A program made the position numbers and the translations under genes. A stretch of DNA of 63,852 nt, the filler included, from Folioceros fuciformis (Eukaryota): assembly GCA_049999805.1 (NCBI GenBank). It is 11 parts of 11 records of this genome, joined end to end, with 100 filler letters (N's around TTAATTAATTAA, not from the genome) between each part and the next. Parts side by side here need not be neighbours in the genome. Positions count along the whole stretch, not along the records: positions 45,383 to 54,168 come from JBNGIO010002044.1; positions 54,269 to 58,898 come from JBNGIO010002045.1; positions 58,999 to 62,373 come from JBNGIO010002047.1; positions 62,474 to 63,852 come from JBNGIO010002055.1; 7 more parts are not named here. One strand, written 5' to 3'. How positions within the stretch are numbered: position 1 is the stretch's first letter; each line of letters starts with the position of its first letter. This document shows, one piece after another, positions 49,936-62,599 of the stretch. The notes beneath the pieces were generated by a model that was given only the letters and a program-made list of their open reading frames with translations, was not told the origin of the DNA and did no database searches.

Positions 49936-50899
49936 TGGGTAGGAGACCTTCAATTGTTTTGTTTGGATGGGGCACTGTCCTCTCCCGTTCCCCGTTGGTC
50001 ACGCTTTTTCTCCGCGCACTCCTGGGTGTTTTGGGGCAGCCCATCGCGCTGGTGCACACAAAAACATCTGTGTTACTTGAAGTTTGTAGAGATTGCAGGC
50101 AAAGGCCGCACAAGGATTTTCAATTTGGTGAATCCTCACAGATTTGTTCCGTGGCTGATGGGTACCAGCCAGCCTTGTCACTAGGATAGGGGGACCAATG
50201 CTTCCTCTGCCCTCGGTGGCACCCTGCCGTGCGCACTGTGCCCTTTTCTTGTTGCCTTCAACGATCCTTGCGGTTGTCTCCTTGAACTCCCTTATTTACC
50301 TGTGCGAACAAAAAAACCCAATCAATCTCCACAAAGGCAGAATCATCGTCTCCATAGTTGTGACCAGTGGAATCTTGCGTACCACTGCTGGTTGCCGTCC
50401 AGACAAGATACTTGGAGTGTTCGCCATTGACGTTTCGGGTTGCACCACCTGCAGCGATCAGCTTTCATTCTTGCCCTTTCGTAGAGCATCAAACCTGAAT
50501 GTCGTGACCAACAGTTCACAGTTGATTCTGTTACCTGCAAACTGTGCTCTGTGCTGTTGTCCCTCACATGGTACTCCATTTCGGATGCGAGCAGGGTTCG
50601 TTTTTTGGCCTTGCCTCTGCCGATTTTTGGTCAATGTCTCCTGCAAACCCTGTTGCCGTTGTTTGCGACGTCAGTTCGCGACGCTAGAAAGATGTCCGAG
50701 ACTACAATAGGTCATCAGCTCTCACTCGTCACGGTCCAGCTGGGTGCATCGACCCCAGTGGCCTCAGGTATCGGAGGTGCATCGTTCTCGCCACTTCCCG
50801 GTCCAGCGAAAGAGGTGTATGCTGGCAACAATGACGCCCATCCATGCTTCTACAGTCTCTAGAGTCCATCACTTTGGTAGCACCTTACATGCCCACTCA

Positions 50900-51190
50900 G
50901 TAGTTCTCATGGCTATGGATAATGAAGTTGAAGAGAAAATTGCTGAGTCGGGAACATCTGGAGACAAGGACGGGCTATGCAAGTGCTGAAGGGCGGGCAT
51001 ATCGCTGCTTTGAATGCGGTAACATCGAAAAGATTGCAAAAAAGAACTGTTCGGTACACATGGAGGGAAGGCAAGTTGTTTCTCAATGATCAGGGTGGGG
51101 CCAGGGACGTTCCTCGAGGACAGAGAAGGACTTGTGGTGAAAGTGCACAAAACCCGTGGACATTTTGGTGTGAAGAGACCCTACCTATGG
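50900..51190 (+). mobile_element. Gypsy pol remnant (integrase zinc-binding region)
   Basis: RYTWREGKLF...(frameshift) EDREGLVVKVHKTRGHFGVKR. Confidence 0.55.
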
Positions 51191-54100
51191 CATACCACAG
51201 AGACAAGGTGTCAGAACACACCACTCATGGCCGTATGGAATACCGATGGACGTATGGACTACAAACTCTTTTTTTTAATTATAATATATTTTATATGCGA
51301 GTATTCCATAGCATCTAAGGAATATTCCTTTACTCTACCTTGCCACATCATCCAACCCTACATATACACCGTATAGCAAAATTTTTTAAATATCTCTGAC
51401 TCTTTGTAGACCGAAAGGGACAGTCTTTGAAGAATCAGCTCGGGACGATTCTTTATAGAGCAACACAGCTCACCTCAGGACCCCAGCTATAGAGCAGATT
51501 CCGATGGTGGGTGTGCCTTTGTTGCATGGATTGTGCTCTCCTCCCTTGCTATTCCACTCTACCGCCTTCTAGAACCCGAAATGCAGCACTGGGTTGCTTC
51601 CAAGACCTCAGTTTTGCTTTGCAATGCTTGATTTGGCTGCAAGCAACCGTGGCGTTTAGAGGTTTCGGGTTGCCAATGTGCGGAATTTGATGTCCGGATG
51701 CTTGGAAATAGGCTGACACGAAGCATGGTTCTACAATCCCGAGGGGAGCGAGGACCAGACCACCCGGCATCAATTCCGCCCCAACTGGCCGGTTTCTCCT
51801 GAGCACTTGCAAGGTGATGATTTTCCCCCTCCCGGGCAGGCTTGGATCTCGGGGATGAGATTTGCAGCGGGAATGCCAGGGATTATGCCCAAGCTTTCGT
51901 CCTTGACGCAGTTTTGTGGCACCCGTTCCTGCAGCACTGGGAATTCTCATCTGGAAGCTGGACGCATACACTTATCTGGACACAAATCAAGTATTGTAAC
52001 TACGTGCCAGTGATGACAGAGCGCGCGACAAGCTATGCACCATCCTGGATCACTTGGTGGAGCAGAACGCTGAGAAAGCAGATGTCAACATGTCCAAGCT
52101 GCTGCTTGGACATGTGAGTGTGAGTGGAGGAGACGAGACGGACCAGGATGTGAGGGATAAAACAAAGTAGGTGTCCTGATCGAGACACCTACTTTGTGCC
52201 CTATGACCGAAGCGGGCACAAACGTTATGGCCATTATGTTTGCACCATGTACCGCCGCCTAAAAATTTCTATGAAAGAACCCCTTGTCTGTATCGGTATT
52301 CCATATGGCCGCCGTGACGCATAAGATGAATAGATTGCCGTTCAAAGGAAAATCCGACAACAGACATCCCCCATCATCCAAGAAAAAAACTCTGACCCTG
52401 ACGCCTCCCTATAGAATACCGATACAATGCAGCTGGCTTTCACACAAAGTTTAGCACGATGGTGTACGGTCCAAACATTTTGGACATAACACATTTGCCC
52501 CCTTTGGTTGTAGGCCGCCATGTAGGTGTCCCAATCATGACACCTACTTTGTGATAATATTTTATTCCTCACACATTTGGATCTGTCTCTCTCCTTCACT
52601 TTCTTTTTTTTGTTAGGGTAAGGGCTTGTGGGTTCAGCATCCAAGGTTCAACATCCATCCTCGGGTTTGGTTTACAGCGGACCTCAGCATTCACCGTGCT
52701 ATTTGCTATGCACACATCTCTCTCGCCTCCATGCATACCTCTAACCGTCTGAGTTTTCGCCACTCCAATCTAAAACCTGCTGAAGGGGACAGTCTCTTCT
52801 TGCCTTCCTTGTTATGCAATCACATGGATGTGAGGAGGACAAGGGGACAAACAAATGATAGTGGGGAATGAAATGCCCACCTTTACTTCACAGCCCATGA
52901 GGGCAAGGCAAAGCTCCATAGGGTCTCACCCCATAACACACACGCCCCTAAGGCCCTGGATAGATCCCCCCCTCCCCCCATTACTACAGAGAGCGAAGGA
53001 GGCAAATGTCTGTCCACACCCACGGAGTGCCCTCCTCCTACGTCCAAGCATGTAGGTTGGCATCCAAGGGCTCCATTATACTTTTACACTCTCTGCACAA
53101 TGTGGTCAAGGCCAAGTGCAAGCGATACATATTAGGCAGATACTCCATACCCTCCAGGCCTTTCACATAAGCGTTGTCATGACGACTTGCAATGCAACCC
53201 TAAAGCATAGAAGGGGGTGTGGGTTATAATTACCACCACCTGCAATCAGCACAACGCACAACAAGCAACTACAATGTGGAGGGTAGGTTTGCTTGCAAGG
53301 TGCAACGGTAAAAGGAAATTGCAAACAGCATACCCAGACGCCACTGCAATATTTTGCTTGGCGAGGGCCATCCAAAGCAACAACTAATGTTAATGTGGAT
53401 CGCGAGGGGCACAAGAGGGTGAGAGAGCACTGGTGCTAGCTTGCACGTGAAGGAAGAATAAAAGCGGTTATTAGTTTCACAGGAAATCCAAAGATATACG
53501 CAAAGTTTGTGTAGGTGGTTATTGTTGAGATGTCACCCCCGCCATGCTCAAAAGAGGTTAAAACAAGTTAGTTGAAGCAAGATGCAGAATCCCAAAAATA
53601 AGAGCACTATAACAAGGCTCTTAAACTCAAATAAAAGGAGAATTACAAAAAAACAACACAATACAAGTGAAGAGGGAGTTAGATTGCAAATACTAGGTGG
53701 GTTCATCCCTTCTTTTATGGACCTATGCGTGGCACTTTCATTTCGTGCCCAATATGGGATAAATGACCCCAAACCCTACAATACCTTTTTGCCTAACATA
53801 ACAAAGTCTAATAAGCTATATATATTAATCATAACCTTAATCACTCTTACCACTAATTAGTACAAACTCAATAAGCTGGATTAGCACTAATTAATCTCAA
53901 CATTAATCATGCTTAACAGTTATAACTATTCATAAAACCACAAACACTTAGTCAACCTAACTTTAGGTGACTTAACTATTTCATTACTCCCTCTTGGTTG
54001 CAATGAACAGATTTAAAAGTATATAAGAAATACATAGCCCCTCGAATGGGTTGATGTACAAACAGAACTCTAACAAAACACGTGAGTAGGATACGGGCTA

Positions 54101-55668
54101 AGTTGTTACGCCCACATCCCCTGTCCTCCGCTCACGCTCAAGCTCAATCCTTGCGCTCATCCAGCTCANNNNNNNNNNNNNNNNNNNNNNNNNNNNNNNN
54201 NNNNNNNNNNNNTTAATTAATTAANNNNNNNNNNNNNNNNNNNNNNNNNNNNNNNNNNNNNNNNNNNNACGAAGAGGGAGCGGAAACAGCGAGAGACGGC
54301 TGGGAGGGCTCCGTGCCGGCGTCAGCGGAAGAATTCCCCATCCACGCTGGAGCTCTGACAGAAGAAGTCTCTGACTGCTTAGGCGACGGAGATGGCGAGC
54401 CCGTGGGATTCACGGCCTGGGACGATATCCATCTTTCCGCCACTCCCGCTCTCGCTTCTTGCACTGAAACCGAACTCATGCTGGAAGCCATGGGCTCTCA
54501 ATCCTCCGGGCACCTCAACCCGCAACAAGCAGACGCCTTTGTGCGGACAGAAATTACAAGATCCGGCCACTCACAATCCAGCACCAGCAGCCGATGGTGA
54601 CTGAGAAGCAGCAAACACCAACCTGAGCAGGTACGGCAGCTCCAATGCCATGCACTTAATTGCCTCCAGTCCCGCTCAACCAACCCTTACAGACTGAGCG
54701 GACGCGAAGCGAAGCACAGCAGAGTGCTGCATTGTCCGACGAGACAGAAAGGGCGAAATGCGAGCCGATCAGATGCAACAGGACGGGGCGAGCGGAGCAA
54801 GAAACGGAGATTCGCCTCACGTCTCAGAGTGCAACGCCACGACGCGAGTCGCGATTCACGACTCTATGAACAGGAAGGAGGAAGGAGAGGCTGCAGAGGC
54901 GGAGACTTCCAAGGTAGAGCTGCGGGAAGGAAGCCCGCTGTCTGTACATAGTAGCAGAGGCTTCCCGCTCTCTTATGGCCATCGTGGCGCGGATAGTGGC
55001 AAAAGAGAAGCAAGTTCAAAATTGAAAACACATAGGAGACGGCTTATGCCGCCGTCCGTGTCCCCGGTTGCTCGACCTTTTTGTTTGGAGGTCTATATTT
55101 ATTCATTTGACGAGAAACACGTTGCGCTTCGCGACCCCCGGTTCTTCGCCAGGTGCACTTCTCTTCTCCACGTTCTGTATTCAAACAGTTTTCTTGCAGC
55201 AGCATCAAATAAAACTATATTCTGAGCAGGAGGCAAAATATGTGTGTTCTTCACCAGAGGCCTCGCATCCCTTGCAAGCCATGTCGGAATGCGTCCGGGA
55301 TAGCATGTACCGGCCTCTTTCTGATGGAATGGACGCCTTTATTACAAGATCCCGAAATTGTTTACTTGATGAGAATTTTATGTTGCTGAAAGATGCGTCT
55401 AGCAAGGTTTATTTTGCTCAAAGCTGCGTGCATCAATTGTAGTTGTGCAGCAATTCGTCCATCCGAGGGAAGGTTGTTTGTGAGGGGACCAGAAGGTGGA
55501 CTGAAATGGATGCAATGAAAACCTAGCCCAATCATACGCAAAGACGTCTCTTTCAAACTCGTTAGTGGAGTAACCTTGCAAATGGAGGTGATGTAGTTTT
55601 GAAAGCAATTTGTGTATCAAAGGTGTTTCATCTTGTAGTACACAAAGACAGGCCACAATTGATTCTCT

Positions 55669-55745
55669 CCTTGAGAGACCTTGAGAAATCTAGTCCTTGA
55701 GAGACCTTGAGAAATCTAGTCCTTGAGAGACCTTGAGAAATCTAG
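55669..55745. repeat. 26-bp tandem repeat x3
   Basis: CCTTGAGAGACCTTGAGAAATCTAGT repeated. Confidence 0.9.
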
Positions 55746-57626
55746 CAATGGTTAGGGAATGTGGGTTTCTTCCGTACATGAAGTGCCCATACACTTTGCG
55801 CAATGGGGTTTCACTTAGAGCCAATATCTTTTTTACTAGGGGGGAAATAGGGGGGGAAATAGGGTTGTGTCGTTTAGTTGTTATGAATCCCGCTAGGGAT
55901 TTGTGAGCATGTCATTACCAAGCCCCCTAGATGGGTAGTGGAGGGTTGTGCAACGCCAAAATCCATATATGGATATTTTCATCCCCTTTCTCTTGAGACT
56001 CATAGAGCCATGATGCAAGAAGTTTTGAAGGTTTATCAAAGTCATAGGAATGGTGTTCGTGGTGGTGGCCTTCTTTTGACAATGTGTATCCATTGCTTTG
56101 CAAACAGGATTGATCAACACAATTTTTAGAATCACAATAAGCCAATGTTAGGTAGGCCTTTGTTATGTCATATCATGTCATTTTGGAAGCAGTAAATAAG
56201 GTAGTTTTGAGAATGATGTTTAAAGGGGTACTATGCCCCTTTTGACCTGGCCTGCTCGGGCTGTTTTTATCTCTTTGGAGTAATGGGACTTTCCTTCTCT
56301 TTTTTAATACTAGAAAATAATATTTTTTCATTATGTATTTTTAATAGATGTATTTTTAATAATAAAAAATAATTAATGTTTATTAGGATTGTGTCTAATT
56401 TCTAGGAGTAGAATGTCTTCCTTGTTAGAAGAAGCTTAGTCCTGTCACCCCTTTAGTCACAAAGTTCCTCAAGGGAGTTATTTTTATTTTGTAAAATAAA
56501 ATAAAATAAAATACAAGACTAACCGGCGTTTTCTTAGCTCCAAAAGCTTACATTTTGTCTCAAAAATATTATTTTGCTGAAAGAAATGCATAAAGTGAGA
56601 ACAAAACATACTCATTCAAACTTTCACCATGATTTTTTGACAGCACTTGTCTCCAGACCTGACTTGAATAGCAGTTGACTACCATTATCTTCTGTAAAGG
56701 AAGATTTGACTAACAGTTACTTTTTACCATGCTGTAAAGACTTGGTGTCGTCCCAGACGGCACAGTCCCCAAGCCCTCCTTCGGTTCAGGTCGGCTACAC
56801 CTCCTTCCGTGTTTCCCGGCTCTTCGACTCCCTTGGGTGATTGCGTCCGTGAGTTTAGACTTGTATTAGGAAATCACGAGCCGTCTCTGTAATCGTGTAA
56901 TGTTTTCTTCTTACGTAAAACATCATGAACTATCAGGCCTATCATATGCATTTAGGATCACATGAGTTCTCGGGACTTACATATCACGGAGTTACGAGCT
57001 CTTTTCCAAGGATGGATTTAGGCGCATCGTGGTACAACAAGAACCCACCTGGACGGAAATGCTTTTTCCACGGTTACAGTGGTACCCTTTGTTCCACCTG
57101 CTTTATAGCGCTTTGAATTGGGAGCTGCCTGTGCTCCCATTTCAAACAAATCGACTTTAAGCTTCCTTATGACTGCACCGTGCAACGACCTTCGTCAGAA
57201 AAAAGCATGGATTCTTAACCAGTCGCTCCCCGGACCTGTAGAACAACATAGACCACCGTAGTCTTACATACCTCCATCCAGCAGCAGGTTTCCGTACCGT
57301 TGAAGACTGCAAAGTGAAACAGACTCCAAATCAAACTCTGCATCCTCAAGGCAGAAGTCCTGTTGTGCCAACGAGGATAAACAAATCCACAGTAGCCTGC
57401 CAAACCTCCATCTGCTGCTACCCATCCGTAGCTGAAAAGCTGCTGGCTAAGTGCACAAACCTCATACACCTGAGGCCAGTAAGGACCCTCTCACCGGCCT
57501 ACAATGGGAAGCCGACCAGCAAACTCGTTTGCCTGGATGTCTCAGGTACATGAGAAGTGCCATAACTTGTACCGCGGCAGACACAAAAAATGTCCAAGCA
57601 CCTCCACATATCGGCTATATATGCTT

Positions 57627-58898
57627 TCACATATCGGCTACAGACCACCGATACGCTTCCTTCTCGTTCGCCCGTCGCTCGTTCTGCTGCTTCACCAGTT
57701 CCTTCTCATACCCAGAGCTGCGGTCCACTCCGTCCCAGTGCCTGCCCGGCTTGATCCCATAGCGGTTAGCAGGTGGCGCAATCTTCCTCTTAATCCAGCT
57801 GTGCGCAGGTATGTCTTGAGGAATATTGAATCCCGATTCTTTCAGGTCCTCCCGTGCCCCGAAGTCCTCAACTTCAGGCTCAGCCGCGCCCTTGACAAGA
57901 TAAGCCATGGGATCGCCCCATCTGACCCTCTCCCGGAGAACTTTGTCCAGTTCAGGGTCGTCCCTGGACCGCGCAAACGGCTTACTTGCCTCCGCTTCCA
58001 GCTCCTGTTGCTTTATCTCAGCATCCCTTTTCTGAGCCAAGCCTTTGCCCCACTCCAAGGGCTTCGATTCAGGCTTCTTCGTGCCTTCCTGCTGCCGCAG
58101 CAACTCCTCCAAGCCCTCCAGCTTCCTTCCCCGTTTATCTCGGTACACGGTCTGCGCACCACGTCCACTTTGAGATGCATCCATCGACGCTAGCTCTTTC
58201 ATGTCTGCCAGTCTCTTCCGCTCTATATCCGCTTTAATGTCCTGATCTACCCTGAGTCCAGCGGCAGCCCCGTCCATCATGTTCCTCCCCCGATTCTCTC
58301 CGCCACCGTGCTCATTTCTGTTGTCCTTCCTCACAACAGTCTCCTGGACCTGTCTATCACCCCGCCTGGAAGGAAAAAGATCCACCGGATCTCCATGCCC
58401 GCTGCTCTCCTTCCCCCTCCGCGGAAGTGATACATGCTCGGGTACGCCAGCATCCTTCCTCCTCCGTGCGGGTGAAATATCCTGTGAGCGTCCACTCTCC
58501 TTCCTCCCTCGCGGAGGTGAGGGATATGCGAACTCGCCGGCAACCTTCCTTCTCCGTGGGGGAGAGAGATCATGAACTCGTCCACGCTCCTCCCTCCCTC
58601 TCGGAGATGACAGATCTTGGAGTCCGCCCGCATCCTTGCCCCTCCGCGGAGATGTCGGGCCTTGCACACGTCCACTCTCCTTGCTCCCGTGAGGAGGAAG
58701 CAAATCTTCCAGTCCAGCAGCCACCTTCCTCCTCCGCGGAGGAGACAAATCTTTGACTCTCCCATCCTCCTTCCTCCTCCGAGGAGGCGAAAGATCTTCG
58801 AGTCCTCTGGCCTCCTTCCTCCTCCGAGGGGGCGAAAGATCTTCAAGTCCCCTCGCCTCCTTTCTCCTCCGAAGAGGCGAAAGATCTTCCAGCCCCCT
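57627..58898 (-). CDS. BUD13: BUD13 homolog (RES splicing complex), 5' end cut by contig edge
   Basis: Tandem 17-aa DLSPPRRRK repeats, then TVYRDKRGRK, WGKGLAQ, RWGDPMA, PPANRYGIKPGRHWDGVDRS and C-terminal EAYRWSVADM. Confidence 0.95.
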   Translation of the reverse strand, partial: RGLEDLSPLRRRKEARGLEDLSPPRRRKEARGLEDLSPPRRRKEDGRVKDLSPPRRRKVAAGLEDLLPPHGSKESGRVQGPTSPRRGKDAGGLQDLSSPRGREERGRVHDLSPPRRRKVAGEFAYPSPPRGRKESGRSQDISPARRRKDAGVPEHVSLPRRGKESSGHGDPVDLFPSRRGDRQVQETVVRKDNRNEHGGGENRGRNMMDGAAAGLRVDQDIKADIERKRLADMKELASMDASQSGRGAQTVYRDKRGRKLEGLEELLRQQEGTKKPESKPLEWGKGLAQKRDAEIKQQELEAEASKPFARSRDDPELDKVLRERVRWGDPMAYLVKGAAEPEVEDFGAREDLKESGFNIPQDIPAHSWIKRKIAPPANRYGIKPGRHWDGVDRSSGYEKELVKQQNERRANEKEAYRWSVADM

Positions 58899-58998
58899 NN
58901 NNNNNNNNNNNNNNNNNNNNNNNNNNNNNNNNNNNNNNNNNNTTAATTAATTAANNNNNNNNNNNNNNNNNNNNNNNNNNNNNNNNNNNNNNNNNNNN

Positions 58999-59045
58999 CC
59001 TAACCCTAACCCTAACCCTAACCCTAACCCTAACCCTAACCCTAA
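58999..59045 (+). repeat. Telomeric repeat (CCCTAA)n at contig start
   Basis: CCTAA plus 7 perfect CCCTAA units, C-strand first, as at a left chromosome end. Confidence 0.93.
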
Positions 59046-62000
59046 AAAAAACTCTAATACTTTATTTTTACTACTCTATAATACTACTATAATATATACT
59101 AGCGACTTAAAATCTATAGTATATTACTACTAGATACTCTTACTTATATTTCTAACTACTATCTATCTACTTCTATACTCTTCTACTTTCTTAATTTTAT
59201 CTATTTTCTCTTTAACTCTAATTTTAACTTTACTTATAGAAACTTTCTTTATTTTATATACTCTTTAGTAATACTTTACTTATAAAGCTCTTTTCTAATT
59301 TAAGTAAGATAGAAGTAGATAAAAAAGTACTATAGTTTAGTATTTTATTATTAACCTACTCTATAAACTAGTTCTATAGAATAGCTAGAAACTAGTTATA
59401 CTACTATATAAATACTAGCTTATAGAGTCTTTTAGATACTTTCTTATATATATTATAGATTATACTATAGAACTAGTTAAAATAGGTATAGTAGTATTAT
59501 ATATATACTTAGCTATCTTAATCTTAATATATAAAGATGTTAATATTCTTACTATAGTAGTAGTAACTAATTATATAAGCTAGAGTAATAAACTACTATA
59601 TAGGTATATTATATAATATACTAAAGTAGTATTATATCTAGTACTAAAACTAGTCTATATTTACTTAATATAATACTTCTTACTTATAGTATTCTCTAAC
59701 TACTTATATATTTTACTATTTCTTTACTACTTATATACTCTTCTTCTCTAATAAGTCTATCTAGATACTATTATTATTAGTTTTATTAAGTAATTATTTA
59801 GCTTTTACTATAGTAATAGATTTATTATTATTAGTATTAGTATTAGTATCTATCTTACTATTAAGAAACTTATTATAGTAGTAGTAGATACTAATAAGAT
59901 AAATATACTTTTTTAATACTAATATCTTAGTAGTAAAGTTATATACTTTACTAAAGCTCTACTTTAATAGTAAGAGCGTAATAAAAACTATAGGTATAAG
60001 AAATACTAGCTATATTTTATTTTTAACTATAGTTTACTCTATTAGAGTTATTTAGAAGTAGTAGTATATAGTCTTAATATTAGTAGCCTTAATACGCTTA
60101 TATTAAATATCTACTATTAGATATAGTATTTTATCTATCTTAAGGCTCTTTATTAGATTCGTCTATACTATTTATTAGTAGTTAGTTATAGAGAGTATCT
60201 TTAGATATACCTAGCTTTTTTCTAGAATATAGTAAAAAAAGAGAAAAATCTTTTATATATATTCTATATAGTTATTATTAAAGTTTTAGTATAGCTCTAG
60301 TAGGCTAAAGAGAATATACTCTTAGTCTTTTTATATTACTAGAATATAACTAAATCTAGATATAGTATTAGTTATATTTTACTATAAGTAAGTAGTACTC
60401 TTTACTTATTACTATAGAAACTAGAGTAAGAAGTTACTATTACTACTTAGTAGTTATATATAGAATAGTACCTCTATTTATAATAAGCCTTTAAAGACTT
60501 CTAGAAAGTAGATATATTATAGCTATAGATTTATATTAAGTTTAAATACTAAAGAAATATTAAAAATCTATTTATTTTTCTTTTACTTTACTTATATATT
60601 AGCCTCTATAAGCTATCTCTCTAGTTATTCTATATTAGATAGTATATCTTTATAGCTTTTATTAGTATTAGATATATTAGTAATTAGTAGTAAAGACGTA
60701 GTAATTATAGTTATAGTACTATACTTAGTTACTTTAGTTAATAGTAGATTTACTTTAAAATAACGTAATATATTAGATAACTTACTACTATCTAGTCTCT
60801 TATTTAACCTAAAATATTACTAGCTAATAATATATTTAATATATAGTAGTAACTAGTTACTTTTCTTTAACTTACTTAATATATTTACTAATATAAGCTA
60901 ATATTTATTATAAAGGTAGTTTTATATATTATCTACCTATCTTTTACTACTATAAATATATCTATAATAGATATATTTTATAAACTTATATTAAGATAAA
61001 ACTAGAAATATAGATAGTAGAGAGCTATTATTATAAATAAATATAAAGTTTATAAAGAATTATTTTAGAGATAACTTTAAGCTAAGTTTATTTAGCTTTT
61101 ATTAAACTTTAAACTACTTAATTCTTTTACTTTAACTTTTATAAGCTTAGTTTCTAAAGTATTAGATTATATTAGCTAAGAGAAGAACGTAGTAGTATAA
61201 GATATAGAAAATAATACTAGATTTTTCGTTAATAGATATAAGCTTTAATAGAGTAGATATAGTATAATATAATATAAGTATATATTTAATAGATAAAGAT
61301 AAATATAGAATATATAAAATAATATTCTCTTTAATTTTAATCTATAAAGTATAATAAAATCTATTTAACTTAATAATTCTTAATTCTTTTCTAAATACTT
61401 TATTAGTTCTTTTTAATATACTCTATTAGTTATATTCTTATATTTTAATATTCTATTATACTAGATACTATATATTTAGACTATTTTAATCTCTATATAG
61501 GCTAAAACTAGGCTATATTTATATATAGCTACTAATCTTATTTAAATTAGATTCTATATTAGTTTAACTTATAAAGAAAGTTAGTAGTAAAATATAGTAT
61601 TACTCTTACTTTCTTCTCTTCTTATTTTATCTACTTTTTTATTATTTTATCTTCTTCTTCTTTTTAGTTTAATTTTTTTCTTTTATTACTTCTCTATATT
61701 TTTTAATTCTAGTATTATTATCTTTCTAACTATAACTCTACTATACTATTACTTATCTTTAAGATAGTACTAAAGCTATAATATAATTCTAAAGATACTA
61801 AAGCTTTAACTAAAATTATATATAATATTCTTTAATCTAACTTTATACTATATAGAACTCTACTTAATAATAAAGATAGTTTTTCTATCTTTATTATCTA
61901 TAGTCTAGATACTATACTAACCTAGATATATACTTATATTAATAAGTTCTATAAGAAAAGCTAATATATAACTATATAGAAAAGTAAAGTAATCTATATA

Positions 62001-62373
62001 GAAAATACTAGCGTTAAACGCGTAGAATATAGTCTTAATAGAGCTAATAAGAATAATAAAATAGACTATAATAGAGTTAAACTATAGTAGAAAAAATATA
62101 AGAAAGTAGCTATCTATTATAGTATCTATAGAGTATAACTATAATAAGTTTTAACTAATAAAATATAGTCTTATCTTACTACTAAAATAGCTAACTTATA
62201 AGATATTTAAGTTATAATAAAGCTTAGTTTAGAATAAATAGGTAAATAAGTATAATACTATATCTTTATAACTAAGAACCTTAAAAGCTTTAGTATAGAA
62301 AAGATAGTAGTAATAGTATCTTACTCTAGAGTAATTAGTAAAGTAGACTATATATATAAATAGTAGACTATTC
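59046..62373. other. RIP-like hypermutated AT-rich subtelomeric DNA, probably from an ascomycete fungus
   Basis: No ORF >=60 aa in 3.3 kb; TA very abundant; CA/TG almost absent; residual C mostly in CT and G in AG. Confidence 0.82.
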
Positions 62374-62599
62374 NNNNNNNNNNNNNNNNNNNNNNNNNNN
62401 NNNNNNNNNNNNNNNNNTTAATTAATTAANNNNNNNNNNNNNNNNNNNNNNNNNNNNNNNNNNNNNNNNNNNNTCTCTTGCTATTAGAGACTCTATTGTG
62501 AGAGTGTGACCTCTCCTCCTCCTCTCCTCCTTGCCTCCTCCTCTCATCTTCTTCACCATGCTACTCCTCCTTGCCTCCTCCTCTCATCTTCTTCACCAT

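Noticed and set aside
56640-56900. GC-rich island that might be an snRNA/snoRNA or ribozyme
   Set aside because: I could not match conserved boxes or a USE/TATA promoter; an Rfam search would be needed.
58300-58898. 51-bp tandem repeat as a separate element
   Set aside because: It encodes the normal DLSPPRR repeats of BUD13.
59046-62373. Organellar DNA or an alternative-genetic-code gene
   Set aside because: Telomere adjacency and near-total CA/TG loss fit mutational decay; no tRNA, rRNA or protein motifs seen.
10925-62473. Recurring TTAATTAATTAA in N runs as a biological repeat, and any gene cluster spanning them
   Set aside because: These are identical 100-bp artificial spacers, so the contigs are unordered and unlinked.
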